NCBI GenBank assembly: GCA_965248195.1
Contig: CBDFIQ010000002.1
Location: 3,040,001-3,104,000, forward strand
Source: Longimicrobiales bacterium
GTDB lineage: Bacteria; Gemmatimonadota; Gemmatimonadetes; Longimicrobiales; Gaopeijiaceae
DNA length: 64,000 nt
Direction: 5' to 3'
The stretch's first letter is position 1. Each line of letters starts with the position of its first letter. The position numbers and the translations under genes are program-made. Below the pieces are notes generated by a model. That model saw nothing but the letters and a program-made list of their open reading frames with translations, was not told the DNA's origin and did not search any database. Below are positions 55,658-64,000 of this stretch, piece after piece.

Positions 55658-55753
55658 TAGTGTTTCTCCGTCAGTCGGTTGGAAGCAACAGCACTATTCC
55701 TAGATACCACAGTTGCGCATGCCGGTCACCAAAATCGTGACGACTGTCAGGCG

Positions 55754-55875
55754 GGTCGCGGTTCGTCGGCTCCACCTTGCGAACGGGAAGGGCTTTGGAC
55801 ATCCTCGCAATCCCGCGTACGATGGGGACGGACTTACCATCGCGCTCCGGCGCTAGGCTTGGCCGTGCGTTGCCA
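55754..55875 (+). repeat. Orphan copy of the 3' end and downstream flank of the gene at 58219-58806
   Basis: 122-bp direct repeat of 58704-58825 with 6 mismatches. Confidence 0.92.
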
Positions 55876-55914
55876 AGGCCCACGCTCATGGAGTCGGGTG
55901 CCTAGGGTCCTTAT

Positions 55915-56514
55915 ATGTGTGAACAGGTCCGAGCCACACGTATTGTTGTTGTCGTACTCGTAGCTTGGCTGCTGGTTGCGTTCATAGTCGGCGCGTCGGG
56001 CCGGTTGCAAGGACTCCAACCGCCTGTGCCGCAGCTCGTTCTCGTCGCCCTCACGGTTGCGTTGCTCTTGACGCTCCGATTCGTCGGGCCTGTCCGCCAT
56101 TGGGCCTCAGTCGTGGACGTGCGGTGGCTCGTCGGCGCACATCTCACCCGCTTCGTGGGCATATACTTCCTGGTGTTGTACAACCGTGGTGAGCTGCCTT
56201 ACGCCTTTGCGGTGCCCGGCGGCTGGGGCGACATCATCGTCGCCATGCTCAGGCTGCTGGTGATCGCAACCGGTCCGCCTCAGGGATCGCGTCGACTACT
56301 GTTTCTTATTTGGAATGTCATAGGGTTGCTGGACATTCTCTTCGTCGTGGCCACGGCCACTCGGTTGGCGTTGGGAGATGTCAGTTCGATGGCGCCCTTA
56401 CTGCGCCTACCGCTCAGCCTGCTGCCAACCTTTGTCGTGCCGATCGTCATCGCCACGCACGTGTGGTTGTTCACGAGGCTCATCGGGCCCCAGGAAAACG
56501 AGACCGTCGCTTAG
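55915..56514 (+). CDS. Integral membrane hypothetical protein
   Basis: About six hydrophobic segments; HLTRFVG, FAVPGGWGD, WNVIGLLD, LLPTFVVP..IATH. Confidence 0.8.
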   Translation: MCEQVRATRIVVVVLVAWLLVAFIVGASGRLQGLQPPVPQLVLVALTVALLLTLRFVGPVRHWASVVDVRWLVGAHLTRFVGIYFLVLYNRGELPYAFAVPGGWGDIIVAMLRLLVIATGPPQGSRRLLFLIWNVIGLLDILFVVATATRLALGDVSSMAPLLRLPLSLLPTFVVPIVIATHVWLFTRLIGPQENETVA

Positions 56515-56678
56515 GACACACGTCCCACGCAAAGGCGATCCCCCGGCACGCGGACCCCGTAAAGCACAACACGGTATACCAGCAGGAGTTGCCCGGAGTG
56601 AGCATGGTGGGGCACCCCAACACGAACGCCGGTATCGACTCCGTGTTGGCACTTTGTCGGGGGGAGGTGTCGAAAGAT

Positions 56679-57266
56679 GTGCGCGTGAACCCGTCAGCGT
56701 TTCGGGCGCTAGACCTTCGCGCGCATCAGCTCCTGTCCGACGCGCCGCTCCACGACGCGTGGTGCTTCCAGCTGCGCGGTGGTGGTCCGGGCATCACCGT
56801 GCGCGATGCGATCGACGTCTTCGTCGAAATTGATGCCTCGAGGGCCGACCCCGCGGCCCGGGTCCTGATTGCTTTGCGCGCAATTATGGGGCGGGCGTTC
56901 GGCTGGGATCGTGAGGTCCCGGGCGCGTCCGCCCGTTCCTACGTCAATCGGCTATCCGCGGAGGACCGTGCGCGCTCACTCGACGCGCCCGGCTCGAAAC
57001 GCGGCTTCTGGACCACCGTGTATGCGTTCGACCGTGAGGCGCTGGGTGAGGTCATCAACCGTACAGTACATGCGTTTCTGCTCTTCGTCCTAGAACCGGC
57101 TCCAGGCGGGTATACCCTGTACTGGGGGATTTATGTCAAGCCGGTAAGTCGATTCACCGCGTTCTACATGGGGCTGATCGACCCCTTTCGGCGGCACCTG
57201 ATCTATCCTCGGCTCATTCGCCGATTTGAGGAGGTCTGGTCCAGAAGGTGGGAAGGCACAGCATGA
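56679..57266 (+). CDS. DUF2867-like hypothetical protein
   Basis: DAPLHDAW, LR..MGRAFGWD, EVINRTVH, YMGLIDPFRRHLIYP; start uncertain (56604 or 56679). Confidence 0.7.
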   Translation: MRVNPSAFRALDLRAHQLLSDAPLHDAWCFQLRGGGPGITVRDAIDVFVEIDASRADPAARVLIALRAIMGRAFGWDREVPGASARSYVNRLSAEDRARSLDAPGSKRGFWTTVYAFDREALGEVINRTVHAFLLFVLEPAPGGYTLYWGIYVKPVSRFTAFYMGLIDPFRRHLIYPRLIRRFEEVWSRRWEGTA

Positions 57267-58222
57267 GGGTCTTTGTCGCTGGTGGGACAGGCGTTATTGG
57301 CCGACGCCTCCTCCCAATGCTGGCACGCGCCGGACATGAGGTGATCGTCCTGACTCGCTCCGTGAGCCGAGCGGAGGAAGTTCGCGCACCTGGAGTTCAA
57401 CCGGTGATGGCCGACGCGTTGGATGCCGCGGGCACGCGTCACGCCGTTATGGAGGCGACACCCGAGGTCGTGATCAACCAATTGACCAACATCCCCAGTC
57501 GGCTCAATCCTCGCCGTATCAAGGACGAGATGGGAGCAACCAACAGACTGCGAATCGAAGCTACACGAACGCTGGTGGAAGCGGCCCAGGCTGCCGGGGC
57601 ACACCGAGTGATCAGTCAGAGTATCTCGTTTGTTTATGACCCCAGGGGCGCAGCACCCGCGACGGAGGACGAACCGCTCCACCATGGCGCTCCCGCAGCT
57701 TTCAGCGACATGGTTCGCGCAATTGACGCGTCCGAGCACACCGTGCTAGACGCCAAAGGGGTCGCGGGCATTGTTCTCCGATACGGCTACTTCTACGGTC
57801 CAGGGACGATCTATGCGGCGGACGGGAGTTTTGCGGAGGATGTTCGCCGTCGCCGAGTGCCGATTGTCGCAGACGGCGAAGGCGTCTGTTCCTTCGTTCA
57901 CATCGACGATGCGGCCGCTGCAACCCTGCTCGCGCTAGAGCAGGGGGAGCCCGGCGCGTACAACGTCGTGGATGATGACCCAGCACCTGTCCGGGACTGG
58001 TTACCGATCTACGCTCAACACATTGGAGCTGCCCGTCCATTTCGGGTGCCGAGACTCATTGGCCGGCTAGGAGCAGGACCCTATGGGCTCTACTTCATGA
58101 CTCAGCAGCGGGGTGCATCTAACGAGAAGGCCAAGAAGCGACTTCGCTGGAAGCCCCGTTATCCGAGCTGGCGAGAAGGTTTCCGGTCGGAGCTGGCCGC
58201 CCCATTGGTCCCCGAATCGTGA
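57263..58222 (+). CDS. NAD-dependent epimerase/dehydratase family protein
   Basis: MRVFVAGGTGVIG, LRYGYFYGPG, SFVHIDDAA, YNVVDD; ATGA overlap. Confidence 0.92.
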   Translation: MRVFVAGGTGVIGRRLLPMLARAGHEVIVLTRSVSRAEEVRAPGVQPVMADALDAAGTRHAVMEATPEVVINQLTNIPSRLNPRRIKDEMGATNRLRIEATRTLVEAAQAAGAHRVISQSISFVYDPRGAAPATEDEPLHHGAPAAFSDMVRAIDASEHTVLDAKGVAGIVLRYGYFYGPGTIYAADGSFAEDVRRRRVPIVADGEGVCSFVHIDDAAAATLLALEQGEPGAYNVVDDDPAPVRDWLPIYAQHIGAARPFRVPRLIGRLGAGPYGLYFMTQQRGASNEKAKKRLRWKPRYPSWREGFRSELAAPLVPES

Positions 58223-58806
58223 AGCCTCTACTCTTCGTCGGAATGCACGCGCTCCTCCTGTGTACAGTGCTCAGCGGCCTCGATGCAGAGCCCCTTGCCA
58301 GGCAGGAAGCCCTGCACGAGTACCAGTCGATCAGCCTTGAGATCTTCGGCAGCCAGGATTCGGATCGGGACATCCGCTTGTTTACCGACGGCGTTTCATG
58401 GGGCAGAGAGCTATTCCGAATCTTGTCCGGGCACATCGAGCCCAAGATCGTCTTTACCTCTGGCAACAGAGTGCCCGAGGATGAGCCGACGCCACCTCAG
58501 GAGGCGGACGGATTAGGGGTCGGTGCATCTGGTCTACTGCGATGGAGCCCCATTCGCATATGGGTTCTCGAGCCTCACGTCGAAGCCAGCACGGGGATGG
58601 TATTCACGACGGAGGAGTTTCCGCCGAGCGGAACGATCTGGAACTTCTGGAGCCGATGGGGAGCCGGTATATCGATCTGGCTAAGCGATGATGTTGCGCT
58701 CTTGGTCGCGGTTCGTCGGCTCCACCTTTCGAACTGGAAGGGCTTTGGACATCCCCGTAATCCCTCGTACGATGGGGACGGACTTACCATCGCGCTCCAG
58801 CGCTAG
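58219..58806 (+). CDS. PagL-like acyloxyacyl hydrolase family beta-barrel
   Basis: Signal peptide; FPPSGTIWNF and LHLSN (HxSN catalytic motif)...NPS. Confidence 0.7.
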   Translation: MKPLLFVGMHALLLCTVLSGLDAEPLARQEALHEYQSISLEIFGSQDSDRDIRLFTDGVSWGRELFRILSGHIEPKIVFTSGNRVPEDEPTPPQEADGLGVGASGLLRWSPIRIWVLEPHVEASTGMVFTTEEFPPSGTIWNFWSRWGAGISIWLSDDVALLVAVRRLHLSNWKGFGHPRNPSYDGDGLTIALQR

Positions 58807-58825
58807 GCTTGGCCGTGCGTTGCCA
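58704..58825 (+). repeat. Second copy of the 122-bp direct repeat
   Basis: See 55754-55875. Confidence 0.92.
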
Positions 58826-58997
58826 TCGGCCCGGCGCTCTGGCGAGGGGATTCACGGAAAAAGACCTTTGAAATCCCTATCCCTGGGCCGATACTCAAAG
58901 TAGGGGCGTCCCTCAAGAAGCCCGGCGACTAGCCAATCGGACGCCCACCGCTTCGAGGCTCGGCTGGAGCCTTTGATCTCGCACCGGACGAATCGAC

Positions 58998-60323
58998 ATG
59001 CGCGCCACCCGCCGGAGTCTCGGACCGTTCCTGGTCCTTGCGATGCTCTTCTTCGGCACCTCCTGCTCGGATGGTTCGAGCAACCCGACGGACGCGGGAC
59101 CCGGGACCGAACAACCCCTCCAGACGCTTTCGGCGGTAGTAGAGAGGCTACCGGGCAGCCGGAATTTCAGCCCCGACGGTACGTGGTGGGGCTACAACAT
59201 GAGCAAAGTCGTTCGCCGCGGAGATTTCGTCTTCACGTATGTCATCGAGAACGACGACAATCCGTCCACCTACTCGACGTTCAGGATCTACGTGAAGGAA
59301 GGCGACGGACCCTGGACGGCGGGAGCCGGCTTCAACACGACGCGGCCGGGCAACATCCTTGTGGACTCGAACGGTGCCCTTCATGCGTTTGTCTTCGAGG
59401 CCACGGACATCGATCTGAACGACTCCGTCGGGAAGCTCCACCACTACACACTGGCCGGCGCGAGTATCGGAGACATTACCGGTTTCGCGCACGAGGTCGT
59501 CGTCGACCACGTGGCCGGAGACGAGACTGTCAATATGCGGGTCGGGGCAGCCATCGGTGCCGACAACCAGATGGTCCTCGCGTTCGGCCTGGGGACCGAC
59601 GCGGACGGCGACACCGAGCAGGTCCTCACAAAGACCGTCGGGGGTGCGGGCTGGGCGCAGGAAGCCGCCGGGACCCAACTCGGGCACGAATTCTACTACC
59701 CGTTGGTGGCGGTCAACTCCGTAGGAGCGATCGGCATTCTTCCCATCCAGGACGACTTCGAGGGGGTCGGGAATCCGAACACCTACCAGATCATCCGCTT
59801 CTTCGAGAGGAGCGGTTCCACGTGGTCGGCCGAGAGCGTCGTAGATCACACGTCCCAGGCCCTGGCCTCCACGCGTCCGCGTCTCCTGGAGCAGAGCGAT
59901 CTTTACGTCGATGCCAGCGACGGCGTGCACATCCTCTACAAGGAATACCTGGCTGCGGATGGTGGAACCACGTCCTCAATCAAGCACCTGACTGGCTCTA
60001 TTGGGTCGTGGACGACCCGCACGATCGACCCCGGCATGCTCAACCTCAACTGGTTGAAGATGATCGAGGTCGGTGGGACCAGGTATCTGGTCGGATCGAG
60101 CCACGACCGCTTGTACATGATGAACGAGGCCGCCACGACGTACCGTGAGGTCGCCCTGCCTTCCGGCATGTCCGGCATCTACCTCTACGTCGCCACTCGG
60201 CAGGGCGGCACATCGGATGCGGAGCCGTACGTGGACATCCTCCTGCTCAACGGGAACGGTGGAAACTACCCGGACGCCGCGAACTACTACGTGCGGATCG
60301 CGAAGGCGGATCTGACGTTCTGA
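58998..60323 (+). CDS. Lipoprotein, probable beta-propeller, unknown function
   Basis: Lipobox FGTSC; beta-rich sequence with repeated G-x-W-S/T turns and VDxxGxxH motifs. Confidence 0.7.
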   Translation: MRATRRSLGPFLVLAMLFFGTSCSDGSSNPTDAGPGTEQPLQTLSAVVERLPGSRNFSPDGTWWGYNMSKVVRRGDFVFTYVIENDDNPSTYSTFRIYVKEGDGPWTAGAGFNTTRPGNILVDSNGALHAFVFEATDIDLNDSVGKLHHYTLAGASIGDITGFAHEVVVDHVAGDETVNMRVGAAIGADNQMVLAFGLGTDADGDTEQVLTKTVGGAGWAQEAAGTQLGHEFYYPLVAVNSVGAIGILPIQDDFEGVGNPNTYQIIRFFERSGSTWSAESVVDHTSQALASTRPRLLEQSDLYVDASDGVHILYKEYLAADGGTTSSIKHLTGSIGSWTTRTIDPGMLNLNWLKMIEVGGTRYLVGSSHDRLYMMNEAATTYREVALPSGMSGIYLYVATRQGGTSDAEPYVDILLLNGNGGNYPDAANYYVRIAKADLTF

Positions 60324-61324
60324 GTGTGACCCGATACGTGCGAGAGGCCACGCTCTCGCGCCTGACCGTCGCCGCCGTTTGGCTCCACCCACCCTACCTT
60401 GGGCTACCGTTCTAGGCGCACCGTCACCACATTAGGCCGCGCAACAGAGCCGGAGGCACGTAGTGCGTGCCGGAGACGACTGAGTACCACGAAGCGAGCG
60501 CAGATCAATCGCAAGTCCGTTGGACAACGGGCGTGTGAGAAACTGACAGAGGGGCACCGGACACAGTGGACGTCATCGCCATACTGGCAATCGCACTGGC
60601 ACTGGTTGCTTATGGACTGATCAGCCGGAAGATCGAAGGTTCGATCCTGACCGGGCCGATATTGTTTACCGTGTTCGGGCTGGTCGCGGGTCCTGCCACG
60701 TTGGGGCTGATACCGCTGCAGATGGGCAACGAAGCACTGCATCTGCTGGCAGAGGTCACCTTGATTCTGGTGCTGTTTTCCGACGCGGCCAACATCGACC
60801 TGGCCCAGCTGCGTCGCGACCATGACCTACCCGTCCGCATGCTGCTGGTTGGTATGCCATTGACGATTGCCCTTGGGGCCGTGGCCGCCTGGCTGCTTTT
60901 CGACGGCTTCGGACTCTGGGAGGCAGCGTTACTGGCGGCGATTCTCGCACCCACCGATGCTGCGCTCGGTCAGGCGGTCGTTTCCAATCGGCTCGTGCCG
61001 GTGCGAATACGCCAGGCGCTCAACGTTGAAAGCGGCCTCAACGACGGCATCGCCCTTCCCTTTGTCTTGATTTTTGCAGCGTTCGCAAGCGCCATGCATG
61101 CGGAAACCGTTGCTAGTGAGTGGCTCTTGTTCGGCGCCAAACAGGTCGTATTCGGCCCGCCTGCCGGTGTCGCGGTCGGTTATGTGGGCGCGAAACTCGT
61201 GGCACGGTGCCATCGCAGGCAATGGATGTCGGAGGGTGCCGAAGGCATGATCGCTTTAGGCCTGGCCTTCGGCGCATTCGCACTGGCCGAGGTGGTCCAG
61301 GGCAATGGCTTCATAGCCGCATTC

Positions 61325-62781
61325 TGAAGCTGTCCCAACCGTAGTTGAAGGTTCCTGATAGGGGAGAAAGAAAAGTGGTGGCTCCGGGGGTCCCGGGCCG
61401 ATAGGCTCGGGTAGGCAAAAACCCCAACACGGAGCCACCACGATGAAGAGAACGTACGAGGTAAGGGATCGGGCGGACAAGCGCGCGATCAGGGAGTTCC
61501 TGAAGCGGGAGGGGCAGTTTCTGCTTCCGATGCTTGAGCTCGTGGAGCAGACGGAGGTCGCGATCGACGAAGTCATCCAGGTGATGGGACGAGCGACGAT
61601 CGAAGCGGTGCTGGAGATGAGCGCCGAGGGTGTGGCAGGCGTGAAGCAGGCAGGTCGGTCACGAGCGGAAGACGACACGGTGTGGTATGGCCGGCAGGGT
61701 GGTGTGGTTTACCTGTCGGACCGGAAGGTGCGTGTGGAGCGGCCACGGCTCAGGCGCCGGGGCGCCGGGGAGGGTGGCGAGGTCGAGGTGCCGGCGTACG
61801 CAGCGATGCGGAGACCGGGCGCCGTGGCGGATCGGATGCTCGAGGTCCTGATGGCGGGGGTGAGCACGCGGAAGTACGGCCGTGTGATCGGTGAGATGGC
61901 CGACACGGTCGGGGTGAGCAAGTCGGCGGTGAGCCGTGAGACGGTCGAGGCCTCGGAGCGCGTGCTGAAGGAGCTGATGGAGCGCCGGCTGGATGCGTGG
62001 GACCTCCTGGTGATCTACCTGGACGGGATCCAGATGGGCTCGCACCACGTGCTTGCTGCGGTAGGCGTGGACTCAGACGGAAAGAAGCACGTGCTGGGCG
62101 TGAGGGAAGGAGCGAGTGAGAACGCCGAGGTGACCAGCGCGCTCCTAGAGGATCTGGTCGAGCGCGGCCTGGACCCGGGCAGGCGGCGGCTGTTCGTGAT
62201 CGATGGCTCGAAAGCGCTCAGGAAGGCGATCGAGAAGGTGTTCGGCCAACGTCACCCCATCCAGCGCTGCCGCAACCACAAGCTCCGCAACGTGCTGGGT
62301 CATCTGCCGAAGGATCAGCATCCTCAGGTGAAGGCGGCGTTCCGGGCGGCGATGAAGCTGGACGCGAAGCAGGGCGAGCAGAAGCTCGAGCAGCTCGCCC
62401 GATGGCTCGAGCGCGACCACCCCTCGGCCTCGGCCAGCCTACGCGAAGGCCTCAGCGAGATGTTCACGATCAACCGGCTCGGCCTCCCGCCGCGGCTGAG
62501 GAAGTGCCTGGGCTCGACCAACCTGATCGACAGCACCCACTCGGGCGTAAGACAGAAGACCCGCAGGGTGACCAACTGGAAGAACGGAGCGATGGCCTTG
62601 CGCTGGGCTGCGGCCTCGTTCGTGGAGACCGAGAAGAGCTACCGGAGGATCATCGGCTACGACCAGCTCTGGATGCTCAGGGCCCACCTCGACGACCATG
62701 AACCGGTTGCCGAAATGAGAAAGGCAGGCTAACAAGGAGACTCTCCGGAGCCACCACCTTCAACTGTCAGCGGGACACCAT
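61325..62781 (+). mobile_element. IS256-family insertion sequence (complete)
   Basis: Imperfect 26-bp terminal IRs (GAAGCTGTCCCAACCGTAGTTGAAGG at 61326; CCTTCAACTGTCAGCGGGACACCATC ending 62782); duplicated CCGCATTC at 61317-61324 and 62782-62789 (ends ambiguous by 1 bp). Confidence 0.93.
61443..62732 (+). CDS. IS256-family transposase
   Basis: GVSTRK, VSKSAVS, IYLDG, VIDGSKAL, QRCRNHK, STNLIDS. Confidence 0.95.
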   Translation: MKRTYEVRDRADKRAIREFLKREGQFLLPMLELVEQTEVAIDEVIQVMGRATIEAVLEMSAEGVAGVKQAGRSRAEDDTVWYGRQGGVVYLSDRKVRVERPRLRRRGAGEGGEVEVPAYAAMRRPGAVADRMLEVLMAGVSTRKYGRVIGEMADTVGVSKSAVSRETVEASERVLKELMERRLDAWDLLVIYLDGIQMGSHHVLAAVGVDSDGKKHVLGVREGASENAEVTSALLEDLVERGLDPGRRRLFVIDGSKALRKAIEKVFGQRHPIQRCRNHKLRNVLGHLPKDQHPQVKAAFRAAMKLDAKQGEQKLEQLARWLERDHPSASASLREGLSEMFTINRLGLPPRLRKCLGSTNLIDSTHSGVRQKTRRVTNWKNGAMALRWAAASFVETEKSYRRIIGYDQLWMLRAHLDDHEPVAEMRKAG

Positions 62782-63068
62782 CCGCATTCGTCGCGGGACT
62801 GACATTTGGCAATACTCTGAAGCAAAAGTGCCTGTTCCTCTATGAGTTTGCCGAAGAGGAGGGTCAGATCCTGATTCTGCTTACGTTCACAGCCTTTGGC
62901 GCGGCCATGATCCCGCAAGCGATAGGCGCGGTGACGATCAATCACATTTTATTCGCTATCCTTGCGTTGACCGTATTGCGCATGTTGCCAATTCACCTGT
63001 CTCTGTTCGGTACAGGTATCAAACCGGTAACGTCTGCTTTCCTTGGTTGGTTCGGTCCGCGCGGGCTA

Positions 63069-64000
63069 GGGTCAAGTCCCGATTTGTGTGTAAAAGCGGA
63101 GGAAGCTCCTCGCCTTCGGCTAGGCTGCTTGGGCGACCTCCTGTTTCTGGAGGAGTGAGAGGTCGAGGTAACGCCGGTCGCCCCAGACGTGTGTGGTCCT
63201 GAGTGCGACGGCCGTGATGAGCCTGAGGGCGCTGGCCCGGTCCGGGAAGGCGCCGGCGGCCTTGATCCTGCGTTTGATCTCGCCGTGCAGCCGCTCGAGG
63301 CTGTTGGTGGTACGCAGCCGGGGCCAGTGCGCCTCGGGGAACGCGTAGAACTGCGTCGCTGCCCCGAAGCCCCGCTCCAGGACCTCCACGGCCTCGGGCA
63401 GCTCCTTCTTCCAGCGTGCGCCGAACTCGCCCAGGAGCTTCTTCGCCTCGGCGAGTCCGGATGTCTGGAAGATCACCGAGACCTCACGCGCCACGCGCTT
63501 GCGTAGGCGGTGGGGGACCCTCGCCCCCACATTACGCTGCAGATGGACCGTACACCTCTGACGGCGTGCCTCGGGCAGGAAGCGGCGGACCGCAGCTGCC
63601 AGGCCTGCGTGCTCATCGGCGATCACGAGCTCGACACCGCCGAGGCCGCGGTCCTGGAGTTGCTCGAGGAGCTCCGACCAGCTCTGCTGCGACTCCTCAG
63701 CGCCCAGCGTGACGGCCAGGAGCCGTCGGTGACCCTCAGGGCCCACTGCATACGCCACGAGCGCACTCACGTTCTCGACTTTGCGGGCCCAGCGGGCGTC
63801 CAAGAACGTGGCGTCCAGGTACAGATAGGGGTGAGGCCCCTCGATCGGCGCACGGCGCAGCCCTTCCACGGCCTCGTCGAGCCGTTTTGCCACACGACTC
63901 ACCGTCGAGCGCCCAACACGCTCGCCCATCAGCGCCTCGGTGACGTCGCCCATCTTGCGCTGTGACACGCCGCTCACATACGCCTCGACCATCATCTCGT
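63069..64000 (-). mobile_element. Second IS256-family element (partial, runs off right edge)
   Basis: IS256-like end GGGTCAAGTCCCGATTTGTGTGTAAA at ~63069 coincides with loss of the antiporter frame. Confidence 0.88.
63120..64000 (-). CDS. IS256-family transposase (C-terminal part)
   Basis: YVSGVSQRK, YLYLDA, VIADEHAGL, QRCTVH, LRTTNSLERL..EIKRR...AFPD. Confidence 0.95.
   Translation of the reverse strand, partial: EMMVEAYVSGVSQRKMGDVTEALMGERVGRSTVSRVAKRLDEAVEGLRRAPIEGPHPYLYLDATFLDARWARKVENVSALVAYAVGPEGHRRLLAVTLGAEESQQSWSELLEQLQDRGLGGVELVIADEHAGLAAAVRRFLPEARRQRCTVHLQRNVGARVPHRLRKRVAREVSVIFQTSGLAEAKKLLGEFGARWKKELPEAVEVLERGFGAATQFYAFPEAHWPRLRTTNSLERLHGEIKRRIKAAGAFPDRASALRLITAVALRTTHVWGDRRYLDLSLLQKQEVAQAA

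Larger units (their letters stand above)
60566..63068 (+). pseudogene. CPA1/NhaP-type cation:proton antiporter, interrupted by two IS256 elements
   Basis: LAPTDAALG, LNVESGLNDG, GNGFIAAF | IS | VAGL...LRMLP...GWFGPRGL | second IS. Confidence 0.92.

Noticed and set aside
55880..60560. Integron cassette array
   Set aside because: No integron integrase and no paired RYYYAAC/GTTRRRY attC structures between genes.
60330..60565. Na+/Li+ riboswitch upstream of the antiporter
   Set aside because: Could not match any recalled consensus by eye; would need an Rfam scan.

Overview
GC-rich bacterial chromosomal window; the gene families (Ser/Thr kinase-TolB fusion, TPR protein starting MSFLGEIKRRKV, many exported NHL/PQQ/hydrolase proteins) suggest a Gemmatimonadota-like organism (inference). 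Left edge (1-~3073): a prophage-type DNA-modification module on the minus strand (C5 cytosine MTase running off the edge, an N4/N6 MTase frameshifted at a G5 run, a PAPS-reductase-like protein, an HNH nuclease) abutting a truncated VOC gene. The middle is a mosaic of mostly exported catabolic enzymes, a TetR-SDR unit, a TRAP transporter, beta-oxidation genes, phosphate/arsenate genes and two tandem gene duplications. 48.8-54.8 kb is a sugar-nucleotide cluster (GT4, VTC2-like HIT protein, P-loop kinase, sucrose-phosphate synthase, glgC). Right edge: a cation:proton antiporter interrupted by two different IS256 elements. The most notable non-coding signals: (i) six copies of a fixed-geometry promoter TTGCNN-N18-CATNTT-N7-ATG, several driving short N-terminal stubs of kinase/TPR-type genes in front of unrelated genes; (ii) a perfect 22-bp inverted repeat pair made of tandem AACGTACACA units bracketing a cyclase-kinase-TolB gene; (iii) a five-unit 23-bp periodic array between the thiolase and CoA-transferase genes; (iv) several partial duplications flanking apparently inserted genes. 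No rRNA, tRNA or CRISPR array was recognised. All family assignments are from motif recognition and recall, not database searches.
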